NCBI RefSeq assembly: GCF_022045235.1
Contig: NW_027266267.1
Span: 44,888,001 to 44,952,000 of the forward strand
DNA from: Haliotis cracherodii
Taxonomy: Eukaryota
Direction of reading: 5' to 3'
Length of the DNA: 64,000 nt
A program made the position numbers and the translations under genes. The notes below the pieces were generated by a model. It ran no database searches, was not told the origin of the DNA, and saw only the letters and a list, made by a program, of their open reading frames with translations. Within the stretch, counting starts at the first letter, position 1. The number at the start of each line of letters is the position of its first letter. Shown in pieces: positions 51,201-63,826 of this stretch.

Positions 51201-54200
51201 ATATGTTAAAATAGTGAGGAACACATTACTCTAACGCCTCAAGTGACTTTGTGTAGATGTTAAGCGTCAACACATGTGCAAACGGTAACTGATTGTAAGA
51301 CCCCCGGAAATACTCACTCGCTGATGCAGTTACAAACTGAAATAAAGGACCGCAACATTCATTCATTTTCACAGACCGCCTCAAGGTCGTGGTGTCTCTT
51401 CAGGCACTCGTCCCAGTCACATTCTCTTCATGTGAGCATGCGTTACGATTATTTTGTGGCTTCTATAATATAAATCAAAGGTGTTTTATTTAACGAGCAT
51501 GAATATCATATTCCACCAAGCTGTTGGTTCTGCATGAAATGTTCTTCATAAATACTTTGAATTATGAAATTAAGGAGTCACCAAATTAATGCAAGTGTCA
51601 ACCCCCGGCCTAAAATGCATGATGACATCAATGCAAGTAGTCCTCCCTCTAAACTATAACAAACCAATCAGCAAACAATAGACGTTCGATTGATACATGT
51701 TGTTATTTTCACAAACTTCACTTTAACTGTTGATCTAACTACTATGAAGTCAGCAAGCAAATTATGCATTATCACAGCATGGTGTCAGTGTTAAACGCTG
51801 ATTCAAACTGAACAAATAGGACCGCAACAGATTGCCTGTAGGTAGCGTGGTGTTACTTCTGGCACTCATCCAAGTCACATTCTCTTCATGTAATCATTCA
51901 TTACGTCATATACATGCACATGTAGGAATATAAAGCGAAGATGGTTTGTTTAGTGTTTCTAATCAGTAGCACGGATAATGATAACGATGGTCATGTCAGG
52001 GCAATCAACATCGGGGAAATCTCTGTTTTAGAATAGCAGATATATACTGTACACAACAATAGCACCTCAGGTGCAGTTTACAGGGAGGATTGTGTTCACT
52101 CAGAGTTTAAAAAAAGCTGCTACATATACAAAACATTGTTGCACAGTACTTTTAACGTGTACCATAAAAAGCAGAAACATTTGCTGTTTTTCAACAGGAT
52201 AAATTCTCAGACAACATTTGGCAGTGTCTTTTTTCTAAACCAGTTTTTGCAGATTTGCAGTTACATTTACACCATAAGATAGGAAAGTTAATAGTCTACA
52301 TCTCTGCATAATGTTATAGCCTGAGGGAGATTCAGTGCTGAGTGAGCGCATTTCTCACACAACCTTCACTTTTCAAATCTTGGGAAAATGTGCGTCAGAA
52401 AAACCAGCATTCACCGTGTTAAACCAATTACCGTTTTTAGGGATACTGGTTGACTTCAAACTCTGATTTTGGATGGTATTTTGCCACTTTCTGGGGAATC
52501 TCCATTTGATGTTTCGGTTTTGTTGGTCAAGGTCGAGGTTGTAGAAACTCTACCTGTTAAAGGTGTAGACTTACTTATTGGGAATGATTTGGCAGGTTAA
52601 AGATGTTTGGCTGATTCTATTGTTTGTCTTGAGTCCAGCACTTCGGAAAGTACTGAAGATCTTGAAAAAGAAATTCCAGGTATTTTTCCTTCATGTGTTC
52701 TTACAAAGCAAAGTCCTTCTGATAATGATTCCGGCTAAGGTTTGCCAGGCACCTTAATGGATCGATCTCCTGACCTGTCTACATTTTCGATGGAGAGTAC
52801 TGAGCATTCTCATAGTTTGACTCTTGAGGAACCAGTTCTGGATAGGCAACAGTTAGTTAAGTTACAGGGAGTAGACCAACTGATCTAAAACAACAAATAG
52901 TTATGGGAGATTTCTAAAAGAAACTTCACTCCTGAGTAGAGTCCCACTCTTGTTTAGTAACACCAAACACTAGGCTTACCAAAAAGCAAGAAACATTAAT
53001 TATTTACCACACTTATAACTCGACTTCAAATGGGAGGGAAATAAGTGTTAAGTCAATGTGAAAACCCAGGTTGTGCTTGAAAATGTACCACAATGTATCA
53101 ACTGTATTTAGATCGATTTATGTGCCATGTGAAATTCATCGGAGCTTCATGGGATATAGGTCAATATGTTAGCAATAAATACCAGCAAAAGTGTTCTTAA
53201 ATTGTTGTGTGGTCTCTGTTTGTTGTGGATGAATAGTGTGTTATGGATCTAAACGTAGAAACTCTATTCGTATCTGGTAAACGTAAAATTACATAATGCA
53301 CTGATGCAGAAAGATGTTTTGATAACACTTTTCAAACTGCGCTATGGGCGATAATAGATAATAGATGCACTGGTACGTAAAGCTGTGCATAAAGTTCAAG
53401 CGAACTGCACTGTATGAGAAAGTAGATGACGCCCTATGTGTGGTTCTACTGTCCACTGAAATTTGTGTTTTTTAGTTCCACACTTTAAGGTCTCGAACCA
53501 TTGACCAATGTGACGTGAGGGGGTAGAGAGTGGGCAGGAGTCTCCAGAGAGTGGTTGGGATATTCGATCTTGAGGACAGATAATTGCAATGACAAACAAT
53601 AACAAAAACAATGTTGAGTGTAAGTACCTAAAGTACTGAACTAATAATAGTCCATTCAAATCGCTGTAAGCAACATCTCATATTTCATAAGATTTACTTT
53701 CATTTACTGTTGTAACCAAATAATAGACAACCGATTGTCTGATAGAATTACATGTGCATAGCAGAGGGATATGTGTATCAATAAACATGGAATTGTGATT
53801 TAGTTTAATTTATCGACGCATGTTTGAATTCCAGTAACAGGTTACAAATCCTAAAACTCGCCAGCAAATCTTGCTGTACCGCGCGGGACAGATATTAGAG
53901 AACAGCTTGCAATGGCAGTCAGAAATAGGAAACTTGCTACTTCCTAAAGACAGCCGTCGACATCATGTACGTCAGGGGGCTGGCGCAATGTAATAGGCAG
54001 TTACGACTCGTAACATTTGCTAAAGGCAGAGGAAAAAGCATTGTTTTTCCATATATTTTCCAATTGAAAACTTCGATGTTTTTTCCGGACACTTTCTGGA
54101 CGCTCACCAATTAATCAATTTTAATGAATTTGTAGTCGTGTTCCGTCCAATGCCATTATACGAAAACCAACTATGTTACGTTTTTGCTGTGCATGTTGCT

Positions 54201-54567
54201 ATACGACCCCTTGCAACAAAAAACCCATTAAAGCATGGATACGGTAGTCAAACTAGGATAATGAAATCATATATGAACTATTTCATTTCCTAAAATCTTT
54301 CTGCATGGAAGATTCTTTTTACTTCATACGTACATTTGCAAAGAGATCTGCTCTCAGGTCTCTGTTCACCCAACGTCCGGGAGCTGTTCCGATGGATTTA
54401 CAATTAGCAATTAGGGCCTTTCCGGTGAGCCCATTATGTTTGTTCCATCTTTGGGGTTCATAATGGACACGTCCATCCTGGGCGAGCCACTCGTTGTAGA
54501 TTGTCACAGTTGTGTCAGAGAAGGCCTCCTCCCACAGCAACAAGGTGCACAGAACCAGTAGTAACAT
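48212..54567 (-). CDS. GH86-like glycoside hydrolase, copy 6; exons 54567-54334, 50167-50023, 49674-48212 (613 aa)
   Basis: 234/145/1463 nt in frame; catalytic motifs intact; intron 1 expanded to about 4.2 kb. Confidence 0.86.
52380..52900 (+). mobile_element. Gypsy-type LTR retrotransposon protease-region remnant inside copy 6 intron 1
   Basis: PITVFRDTG, LPVKGVDLLIGNDLAG and PGIFPSCVLT. Confidence 0.6.
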
Positions 54568-55420
54568 TCTGCAGTGAAATATGGATACGTCTGTTCAAGA
54601 ACATGGACTTTTATTCAAGGTTGTAATCTACACGTGATGGCAGCACCTGACAGCTTTCTGGTATTTAGTAAATATATTTTTGATAAGCGTAGACAAAGTG
54701 AAAGATAAGGAAGTGTGTGTCAGACACAAAAAGAGGTTCCCTCTACCCTTTCTGCAACAATCTGTGCCAGCCAAGGTTTGTTTCCACTTGTTTTAAAAAT
54801 ACATCATTATGTACATCATCGGGATATTAAACAAAGATAACAACACATGACATGTCATGAGGGTCGTACTGTGCCATGCTATCGCTGCTCATATTATCAA
54901 ATATATACTCCTCTTTTTGCCTGGGCCCAACTTGATTAAAGACTGCTGCAAAGTTTTTATATAAATTATATTTTAATAAAAGAGGTATTTTCATTTCTGA
55001 TAATTTTCTTGAAAAATGAAGTACATGTATGACAGCTTCATTGAAGTTCGTACAATTAAAAAGCCAATTCACATAAAACGATGACAGTGTTTAATTAACA
55101 TACAACAGTAATAACATCAAGTGGGGACAGGATCGCTGGACTTTCAACCAAAATATGTTTGACAGGGAGAGTGCATATGAATTCTCACTTTTATATCATA
55201 GTAATAATGCAAACATTGTAGTATTGAGAATCAGATCATCACAAATTTAACAAAGCATCATGACAACATTCATTGTCGAAGTCCTTCGTTACAGCATCAT
55301 TCCATAAGCATGATTGTTGTTCCCTGGTCAAGTATCAATCATTTTCCAGCGTAAGGGAGCAAAATAGTGATGTACATTTATGAAAATCAGAAATCAGAGT
55401 CCATTGTGTTCGATTCCAAC

Positions 55421-55752
55421 CATGTTATAAGCATGTGTTTATAAATCACTGTCAAACATGTTATAAGCATGTGTTTATAAATCACTGTCAAACATGTTAT
55501 AAGCATGTGTTTATAAATCACTGTCAAACATATTATAAGCATGTGTTTATAAATCACTGTCAAACATATTATAAGCATGTGTTTATAAATCACTGTCAAA
55601 CATATTATAAGCATGTGTTTATAAATCACTGTCAAACATGTTATAAGCATGTGTTTATAAATCACTGTCAAACATGTTATAAGCATGTGTTTATAAATCA
55701 CTGTCAACCATGTTATCAGCATGTGTTTATAAATCACTGTCAAACATGTTAT
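55421..55752. repeat. 36-bp minisatellite, about 9 copies
   Basis: catgttataagcatgtgtttataaatcactgtcaaa units. Confidence 0.95.
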
Positions 55753-56553
55753 ACAAATGCTGCGTTAACATAACTCAGCAGCTGTGGTAGGCGTACATAC
55801 AGAAACATATCTCCGCATTTGCTAAAAAAAAAGCGAATTTAACTTACCATGAAATATTGCTTTGCGTGGTGATTCATATATAAAAAAACTCAAATGTATG
55901 CTAACAAAATTAACTTTAAAATTAAAAAGATAAGATACAGGGTCGTGTCGCAGTGACATAAAATGACATGCTGACATTAAAATACATTTAACACGCTTAT
56001 CAAAACGGCATATTTTACGCTTGTAAATTTTCTCATGTTCAAAGCTCGAAACTATCCTATCTATTTCATGGGATTTGAAACGTAGAATGTGTGAATGTTA
56101 CATTACTTTCTATTATTAGTTATCAAGGATACGATAAGAATTTAAACGTCTCATCACAGTTTATGCCACGCCCTTGTGAGTTTTATAGGACATAACCGGC
56201 TGAGATAGCATACCCTTTGTAAATTTGACACGGCTATAACAGATACAGATGTGACGTATTAGCAGTTAAAACGTTTTGTAGATCTCAATACAAAGTATAC
56301 AGAATATATATTTCACAACAATACATTATTTTATAGAAGAGAAACGACAAACTTCCGACTATACAATAAGCATGTGTTCAATGTAAAATAGTGACGATAC
56401 CCCATCCTACTCCATTGGAGGTACATGAAACAAGCACATGCGAAGACAAGTGAACTATTCCCTTGACAAAAACACAGAATGGTCCAAGTCAATTTCACCA
56501 GGCATCATTTTTAAGTGATGCATTAATTTGGAAAAATCCTTTACATGTATACC

Positions 56554-56833
56554 GGGGGCACGGGTGGCCCAGTCGTCTAAGGCGCCACAATTCGATGTGC
56601 AGAGTTGCATCCCTGGGGCACGCCAGAAACCCATGATTGTGGGTTCGAATCCCGGTTCGTCCCTATTATGTTTTTAGGTTTGTCAGGACCATACCCGTGC
56701 TAGTTGGTTTCACTTAAAATGGTAAACGTCTGAGACCTGCATCACTTCGGGCTTTCCTCCCACATTAAGCAGACACGCCATGACTGGAATACTGTTAAAA
56801 GCGGCGTTAACCACACCTCACTCACTCACTCAC
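56554..56833 (+). mobile_element. SINE family B
   Basis: TSD ctttacatgtatacc. Confidence 0.85.
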
Positions 56834-57010
56834 TTTACATGTATACCATTAAACGTATTGACAGCTTAACTGAAATCTCGGGTGTTGTAACCCTGTTGAA
56901 ACAGCTTTTGCAAATTTCGTAGATTCCAGCTCAAAAGTTGTGAATGTTGACTCCAAAGACTTGAGCTGCTGGAAAATTGCTGGAAATATATGGGAAAGTT
57001 GACTAATGGA

Positions 57011-57292
57011 GTGTGAGTGAGTGAGTTGGGTTTTACGCCGCTTTTAACAGTATTCCAGTTATATCACGTCGTGTCAGCTTAATGTGGGAGGAAAGCCCGA
57101 AGTGATGCAGGTCTCAGACGTTTACCACTTCGGTGAAACCCACGAGCACGGGTATGGTCCTGACAAACCTAGAAACATAATTGGGGCGAACCGGGATTCG
57201 ACCCCACAATCATAGGTTTCTGGCGTGCCCAAGGGACGCAACTCTGCACAGCGAATCGCGGCGCCTCAGACGACTGGGCCACCCGTGCCCCC
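57011..57292 (-). mobile_element. SINE family B
   Basis: Degenerate TSD ttgactaatgga/ttgaccattgga. Confidence 0.85.
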
Positions 57293-57508
57293 TTGACCAT
57301 TGGAAGCCAGTACAAAAGACAAATTGACATGTGTTCAATGATTTAGGGTCAAGTCAAAAATTGATGCATAGACCTGATGCATGGTTTTGGCAGATTTCTT
57401 TCTCTTCTTCGAGAAACACAGACAAAATGCAGACATTCCACTTGAACTCGTTACATTGACTTAAATGATTTGAGTGATTGCAGTTGCATGAGGTGGTGTT
57501 GGTATTAT

Positions 57509-60500
57509 CCTTTATTTTACAAACCATGTTGTTGATGTCGTTTCCAATTGCATTCCCTTGTTGCATTTGAGAACCAAATGTTCTCTTTTCCGTCCATAGT
57601 CTGATGGATTATGCGGGTCTGGGTTTTCAATGTGCCTTTGATCCTGATGCCACAGACAAAATAATAACAAGAGTGAGTGTATATCCGGTATCACGTGGGA
57701 AATACACATACTACAACCAGCAATCACTTATTGTATCATTGTGGGGAACCGCTTGACGAACGAATGATTTCACCTCTTGGCCTGGCTACCCAACCATGCC
57801 AAAACCTATATAATGGCCATGATGATTATCATGATATATGAATGTTACACGATAAATTGCAAAGAAAATTAAGAACGAAGCATACTTTATTTCACGATAA
57901 GGCATTGTTCGATCATGACGTTATTTCTGGAGATTACAACATGCTCTCGTAACTTGATGACGTCTTAAATATTACGACAGTATGTTTGAGAGGGGTGTGA
58001 TTAGAGAATATTACGTGCAGATTCTTTGTGTGACGTCAAACATGCGACATGGTCAAGTAAACAAAAGACATATCAACACATATTAGTGAATGTCTGTCTG
58101 GCACATATTAATAATGTGCTCCCTGACACAATACCAACACAGATATGAGATAATGCCTGTCTAGCACAGATTGCTGATCTTCTCTCTGACACAATGTCGG
58201 ATCACCTTTGACATAATGCCTGTCTGGCACAGACCGCTGCTCTCCTCTCTGACACAATGTCGGATCACCTTTGAGACAACGACTGTCTGGCACACATTGC
58301 TGATCTTCTCTCTGACAAAATGTCGGATCACCTTTGACACAATGCCGGTCTGGCGCAGACCGCTGCTCTCCTCTCTGACACAATGTCGGATCACCTTTGA
58401 GATAATGCCTGTCTAGCACAGATTGCTGATCTTCTCTCTGACACAATGTCGGATCACCTTTGTGATAATGCCGGTCTGGAACATATTGCTGATCTTCTCT
58501 CTGAAACAATGTCGGATCACCTTTGACATAATGCCTGTCTGGCACAGATTGCTGCTCTTCTCTCTGACACAATGTCGGATCACCTTTGAGATAATGCCGG
58601 TCTGGAACATATTGCTGATCTTCTCTCTGAAACCATGTCGGATCACCTTTGACATAATGCCTGTCTGGCACAGATTGCTGCTCTTCTCTCTGACACAATG
58701 TCGGATCATCTTTGGGACAACGACTGTCTGGCACAAATTGCTGATCTTCTCTCTGACACAATGTCGGATCACCTTTGAGATATTGCCTGTCTGGCACATA
58801 TTGCTGATCTTCTCTCTGAAACAATGTCGGATCACCTTTGACATAATGCCTGTCTGGCACAGATTGCTGCTCTTCTCTCTGACACAATGTCGGATCATCT
58901 TTGAGATAATGCCTGTCTGGCCCAGACTGCTGCTCTTCTCTCTGACACAATGTCGGATCACCTTTGAGATAATGCCTGTCTGGCACAGATCGCTGCTCTT
59001 CTCTCTGACACAATGTCGGATCACCTTTGACATAATGCCTGTCTGGCACAGACCGCTGCTCTCCTCTCTGACACAATGTCGGATCACCTTTGAGACAACG
59101 ACTGTCTGGCACACATTGCTGATCTTCTCTCTGACAAAATGTCGGATCACCTTTGACACAATGCCGGTCTGGCGCAGACCGCTGCTCTCCTCTCTGACAC
59201 AATGTCGGATCACCTTTGAGATAATGCCTGTCTAGCACAGATTGCTGATCTTCTCTCTGACACAATGTCGGATCACCTTTGGGATAATGCCGGTCTGGAA
59301 CATATTGCTGATCTTCTCTCTGAAACAATGTCGGATCACCTTTGACATAATGCCTGTCTGGCACAGATTGCTGCTCTTCTCTCTGACACAATGTCGGATC
59401 ACCTTTGACATAATGCCGGTCTGGAACATATTGCTGATCTTCTCTCTGAAACAATGTCGGATCACCTTTGACATAATGCCTGTCTGGCACAGATTGCTGC
59501 TCTTCTCTCTGACACAATGTCGGATCATCTTTGAGATAATGCCTGTCTGGCCCAGACTGCTGCTCTTCTCTCTGACACAATGTCGGATCACCTTTGAGAT
59601 AATGCCTGTCTGGCACAGATCGCTGCTCTTCTCTCTGACACAATGTCGGATCATCTTTGAGACAACGACTGTCTGGCACAAATTGCTGATCTTCTCTCTG
59701 ACACAATGTCGGATCACCTTTGACATAATGCATGTCTGGTACTGATTGCTGATTACCGCTAAACGCTGGACACTGTGATACCACCCTTTCAGGATATGCT
59801 TATGCATTCACAGGACACATATTTTCTAATATGCTGTTTTGGTTTGCCTCGTCGTCAGCAATATTTCAGCAATATGGTGGTAATATGTGGGTACTCGAAT
59901 CTTGACCAACGAAATTGCATTGCAATACTACTTTTATTCCCGTCGTGTTGCTTCTCTTTGGAGTGAATATTGTTAAATGCCTCAGTAACCAATATTCAAG
60001 GTTAAGCAAAAGCAATCTATAAATAATCGATTCGGGACGAGGTAAACAAATGTCTAAATTCTTGCACTATTAATCCACTCCATCATGGCACCATTGCAGG
60101 CAATCAGACGAAACTCTTAGTCCGTTGTTTGCGTTGTGCTACTGAGGACCTTTATAGCCCGGAACCACCAGGCAGTTGTTTATGCAACCAAGACGAGACA
60201 TCTGATAGAATGAAATCAGGACAAGAGAAGATATTTGACTAAATCCCTTAAACTGTTTTTTAATGCGTTGATTGTCTGTCATAATAGATTTAATGTAAAT
60301 ATAGACACTTGTCTTGTAACAGCGTTGATGTTGTATAGGGAAACTCTGAGGTTGGTAAATGAGTAGATGGGAATGGTTAATTTAACAGTTATCATGGTCT
60401 GGAGGATCGTGACGTCTTCATCCAATCGTAATTCACAACGGACATGCCATCTCGGGGACAACCACTCGTTGTAGACAGTCGTGTCTACGTGCAACCCCCG

Positions 60501-60533
60501 CAACAACAAGGTGAGCATACGCTGAAGAAACAT
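57509..60533 (-). pseudogene. Decayed seventh GH86-like copy (exon-1 remnant from 60533; exon-2 remnant 57652-57509; exon 3 not found)
   Basis: MFLQRMLTLLLRGLHVDTTVYNEWLSPRWHVRCE aligns to exon 1. WHQDQRHIENPDP followed, after a frameshift, by RTFGSQMQQGNAIGNDINNMVCKIK aligns to exon 2. That remnant is 144 nt rather than 145, with acceptor TG and donor AT. Confidence 0.72.
58145..59740. repeat. 63-bp tandem repeat, about 25 units, with higher-order structure
   Basis: Unit ~ctgacacaatgtcggatcacctttgacataatgcctgtctggcacagattgctgctcttctct; open frames give 21-aa repeats. Confidence 0.95.
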
Positions 60534-60561
60534 ATGGCTCATGAATATGTTCTATTTTATG

Positions 60562-60733
60562 AGGGGCGGTCGGGTAGCCTAGTGGTTAAAGCGTTCGCTC
60601 GTTACGCCGAAGACCCGGGTTCGAATCCCGACATGGGTACAATGTGTGAAGTCCATTTGTGGTGTCCCCCGCCGTGATATTGCTGGAATATTGCTAAAAG
60701 CGGCGTAAAACCAAACTCACTCACTCACTCACT
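60562..60733 (+). mobile_element. SINE family A, ~30 bp upstream of the pseudogene ATG
   Basis: TSD tctattttatga. Confidence 0.85.
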
Positions 60734-61689
60734 CTATTTTATGATGGTTTCCTGTATTCTTTATGTGAGTAGTGGCACATGGACGTTATGGCCTTGAGTA
60801 TATCATGTTTTGGTGTTCGTGGGTACAAGATATTTCTTTCGCTAGCTAGGAAAGGCTCACATAGGACTGGCTACATTCCTGCTAGAGATAACAAAGCAGT
60901 GGGGGCTAAAAATATTCTCTAACTTTCTGTACTTTACGTTTTATCTTTAAAGGTGCATATATGGCACACCCTTATGTCATATCTTCAGGTTGTGTCTCGC
61001 AGTGATCTATTATTAAATTCACAAGACGAAATGCGAAAATGTTTTCAAACGAGCTCATCTCACAAGATATTATTACATACAACTTAAAATCTCCATATAA
61101 ATCCTGCTGGGGTGTCATGCAGGAAGCATAGGTACTGTAAGTCCCCATGATCTCCAGTAAGGTGGTCTAACTTTGGTTATTAGTGGTCTATAGCCTTGTT
61201 TTAATTGATAGGACTTAATCTCTTATTGCTATATGTTTTTTAAATGTAATTATGATCTAGTTTGTTTTATTAAAAACTGTGATATACCTTACTATTCTAC
61301 TGTCCTTTGTCGACAGATCTTTTAGATTTAATACCTAGTTCCCATCGCTATATGGCTGAAATATTGCCGATGCGATGTAAAATTTAACTCACTCACTCAC
61401 TCACTCACTCCACAGTGTAGACAGAACTATATAGATCATGATAAGTTTGTGGAGACTGTTTTCGCTGAAATGTACAACATTCTCTTAAAAACGATTTGGT
61501 AATTAGCTTTTGGAAATGGATGTTTATTCGAAACAACGGTTGTCTTGACTCGGTCGCTGTGTCAATACTGCACAGAACCGTGTAACAAAGAAGATATTTG
61601 GGATATAATATTTCCCAACATGGCTTTAGATGAGAAAATGATTCATTGTTTGAGAGGCATTACTTATAGACATTGACGAATGAGGCAGC

Positions 61690-61740
61690 CTTGCTTGACA
61701 ACGGTATAAGGATCTATACCGAAACGTCGCCTTTACAAGA
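61690..61740 (+). ncRNA. Candidate minimal type I hammerhead ribozyme motif (Penelope pLTR-like)
   Basis: UUGACAA-C-GGUAUA-(AGGAUC)-UAUACC-GAAA-CG-UC. Confidence 0.45.
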
Positions 61741-61783
61741 TTAAAGAAGTTGTTATCCTTAAATTGCGTCTACTTTGCAATAT

Positions 61784-62049
61784 GGTTGGTTGGTTTGTTG
61801 TTTAACGCCACACTCAGCAATGTTCCAGCTATATGACGGCGGTCTGTAAATAATCGAGTCTGGACCAGACAATCCAGTGATTGATATCATGAGCATCGAT
61901 CCACGCAATTGGGATCGATCACATGCATCAACCAAGTCAGCGAGCCTGACCACCCGATCCCGTTAGTCGCCTTTTACGACAAGCATAGTCACCTTTAACG
62001 GCAAGCATGAGTTGCTGAAGACCTATTCTACCCCGGATTCTTCACGGGT
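61784..62049 (-). mobile_element. SINE family D
   Basis: TSD tttgcaatatgg. Confidence 0.85.
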
Positions 62050-62494
62050 CTTTTGCAATATGGATCATACCTATAGTTCGTTATTTCGAAGTGCTGTTAT
62101 ATTGTGATTATGTTTTGGAAATCTTAATCAAGATCGAATTGCCCGTAACATCTTCATCTGGAGTAATGACCAGGCCAGAAGAAAGAGAAAACGTGAGTTT
62201 TCGATCTCATAATAAACTTGTAGAACGTGGTTTGGAACACGTTTATTCGCCCAGACAATGGTTTGAATTCATGTTTTACAGTTCCGAGGTAAAACACTTA
62301 GTGTTTAATGTGTGTAATAATGAATCCGAAAATGCAATTAAAAAACCTGCAGGTCCATCTGACGGGGAGGTAAAAAACTTGGATTGTATTGCTGTGTATG
62401 CATATATACTGTTGACGAGTGTGTTACTCGTCCTTTTCATCGAGCCGACAGACGTGTCTCGGCAAAGGAAGCGGCACTGCTCCAAGATGAATAA

Positions 62495-62495
<1 letters not shown>

Positions 62496-62540
<45 letters not shown>
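62496..62540. repeat. (GATA)n microsatellite
   Basis: About 11 tagа-type units read directly. Confidence 0.95.
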
Positions 62541-63539
62541 CGAGTGTGATATTGAAAAATTCCAAAAACGTTTAATAATATGCCATGCAAACGTCACATT
62601 TTACAAAACAATATGTGTTATACATGTATTGGCCGATTGTGCTACTATCTATAGATGTGAACATTATATTTCTTCATGTATTTTCTAAAAAAAAAATTAA
62701 AAAAGTATTTGACATTTGCCAACATGAGTGTCAACTATGTTTCTGTCTGTTATGACGTGTCGTGCTCTACATCGGCACCATTACAACCATTCTCACATTT
62801 TCTGGCTGTTAGGCCCGTTGGTGTTTTGGTAGTTTGTAGTGGACTGAACATATACTGACGAGATCCAGTGAATTGATCACACACACTGTTGTAGTGAACC
62901 TGCAGATTGAGGTAGAGACCGTCTTGCGTTTGTCAGCAACATTGTCTGTACACCTAACTTGTGGAGATATGATAAGATAGTTGAAGTTACTACATTCTCG
63001 GTAAATCCTTTTAATGATTTGTCAGTTAAATCATAATAATCATCCTCGACAAATTCGCTTCCCTTGCTTCGTCACTGACCATCAGAATAACCATATCCTC
63101 ATCAGATTTACCGCCTCTTCAAGAACAAGGCTAACATAGATGTTACCTTTTTTAGCGGCAAGAACATGAAAACCCATCTACAAGCCAGTGGCAGGGGCAC
63201 AAGCAGAGTAAGTCCTAACCCCCGAGGGTGTATATATCAGATCTCCTGCAACTGTGGCCATCAGTACATTAGAGAGACCTGAAAACCACATATCCGAGCA
63301 CAACCTCAAGAACCAAGACCATATCATCATGAAGAAGCCACCGAAATCCTGTCTACCAACAACAACAACTGGCGACAAAGAAAACTACAAGAAGCCATTG
63401 ACATCAGGAGACACCAGCCAGCGGAATAATATCTGCCTTGTGCTTGAGACTTATTGATTTGATCTTTGTCGGTGCCAGTTATCTTACTGACTTCCATTTG
63501 CCCATTACTATTGCTATTCTTTTACCTATCAGTGCTAGT

Positions 63540-63826
63540 GGGCACGGGTGGCCCAGTCGTCTAAGGCGCCGCGATTCGCTGTGCAGAGTTGCGTCCCTTG
63601 GGCACGCCAGAAACCTATGATTGTGGGTTCGAATCCCAGTTCGCACCGATTATGTTTCTAGGTTTGTCAGCACCATGACCGTGCTCGTGGGTTTCACCGA
63701 AGTGGTAAACGTCTGAGACCTGCATTACTTCGGGCTTTCCTCCCACATTAAGCTGAAACCCCGCGATATAACTGGAATACTGTTAAAAGCGGCGTTAAAC
63801 CCAACTCACTCACTCACTCACTCACT
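63540..63826 (+). mobile_element. SINE family B
   Basis: TSD ctatcagtgcta. Confidence 0.85.

Noticed and set aside
55387-55773. 12-aa repeat ORFs on both strands
   Set aside because: By-product of the 36-bp minisatellite, with no splice or coding context.
57354-57508. Possible exon-3 remnant fused directly to the pseudogene exon 2 (NHSNH resembling KSNH)
   Set aside because: The downstream part (EEICQNH) matches the Penelope-like remnant at ~17660-17725 better, and the remaining similarity is too short.
58145-59740. CRISPR array (also considered for 55421-55752)
   Set aside because: Units are contiguous with no unique spacers, there are no cas genes, and the context is eukaryotic.
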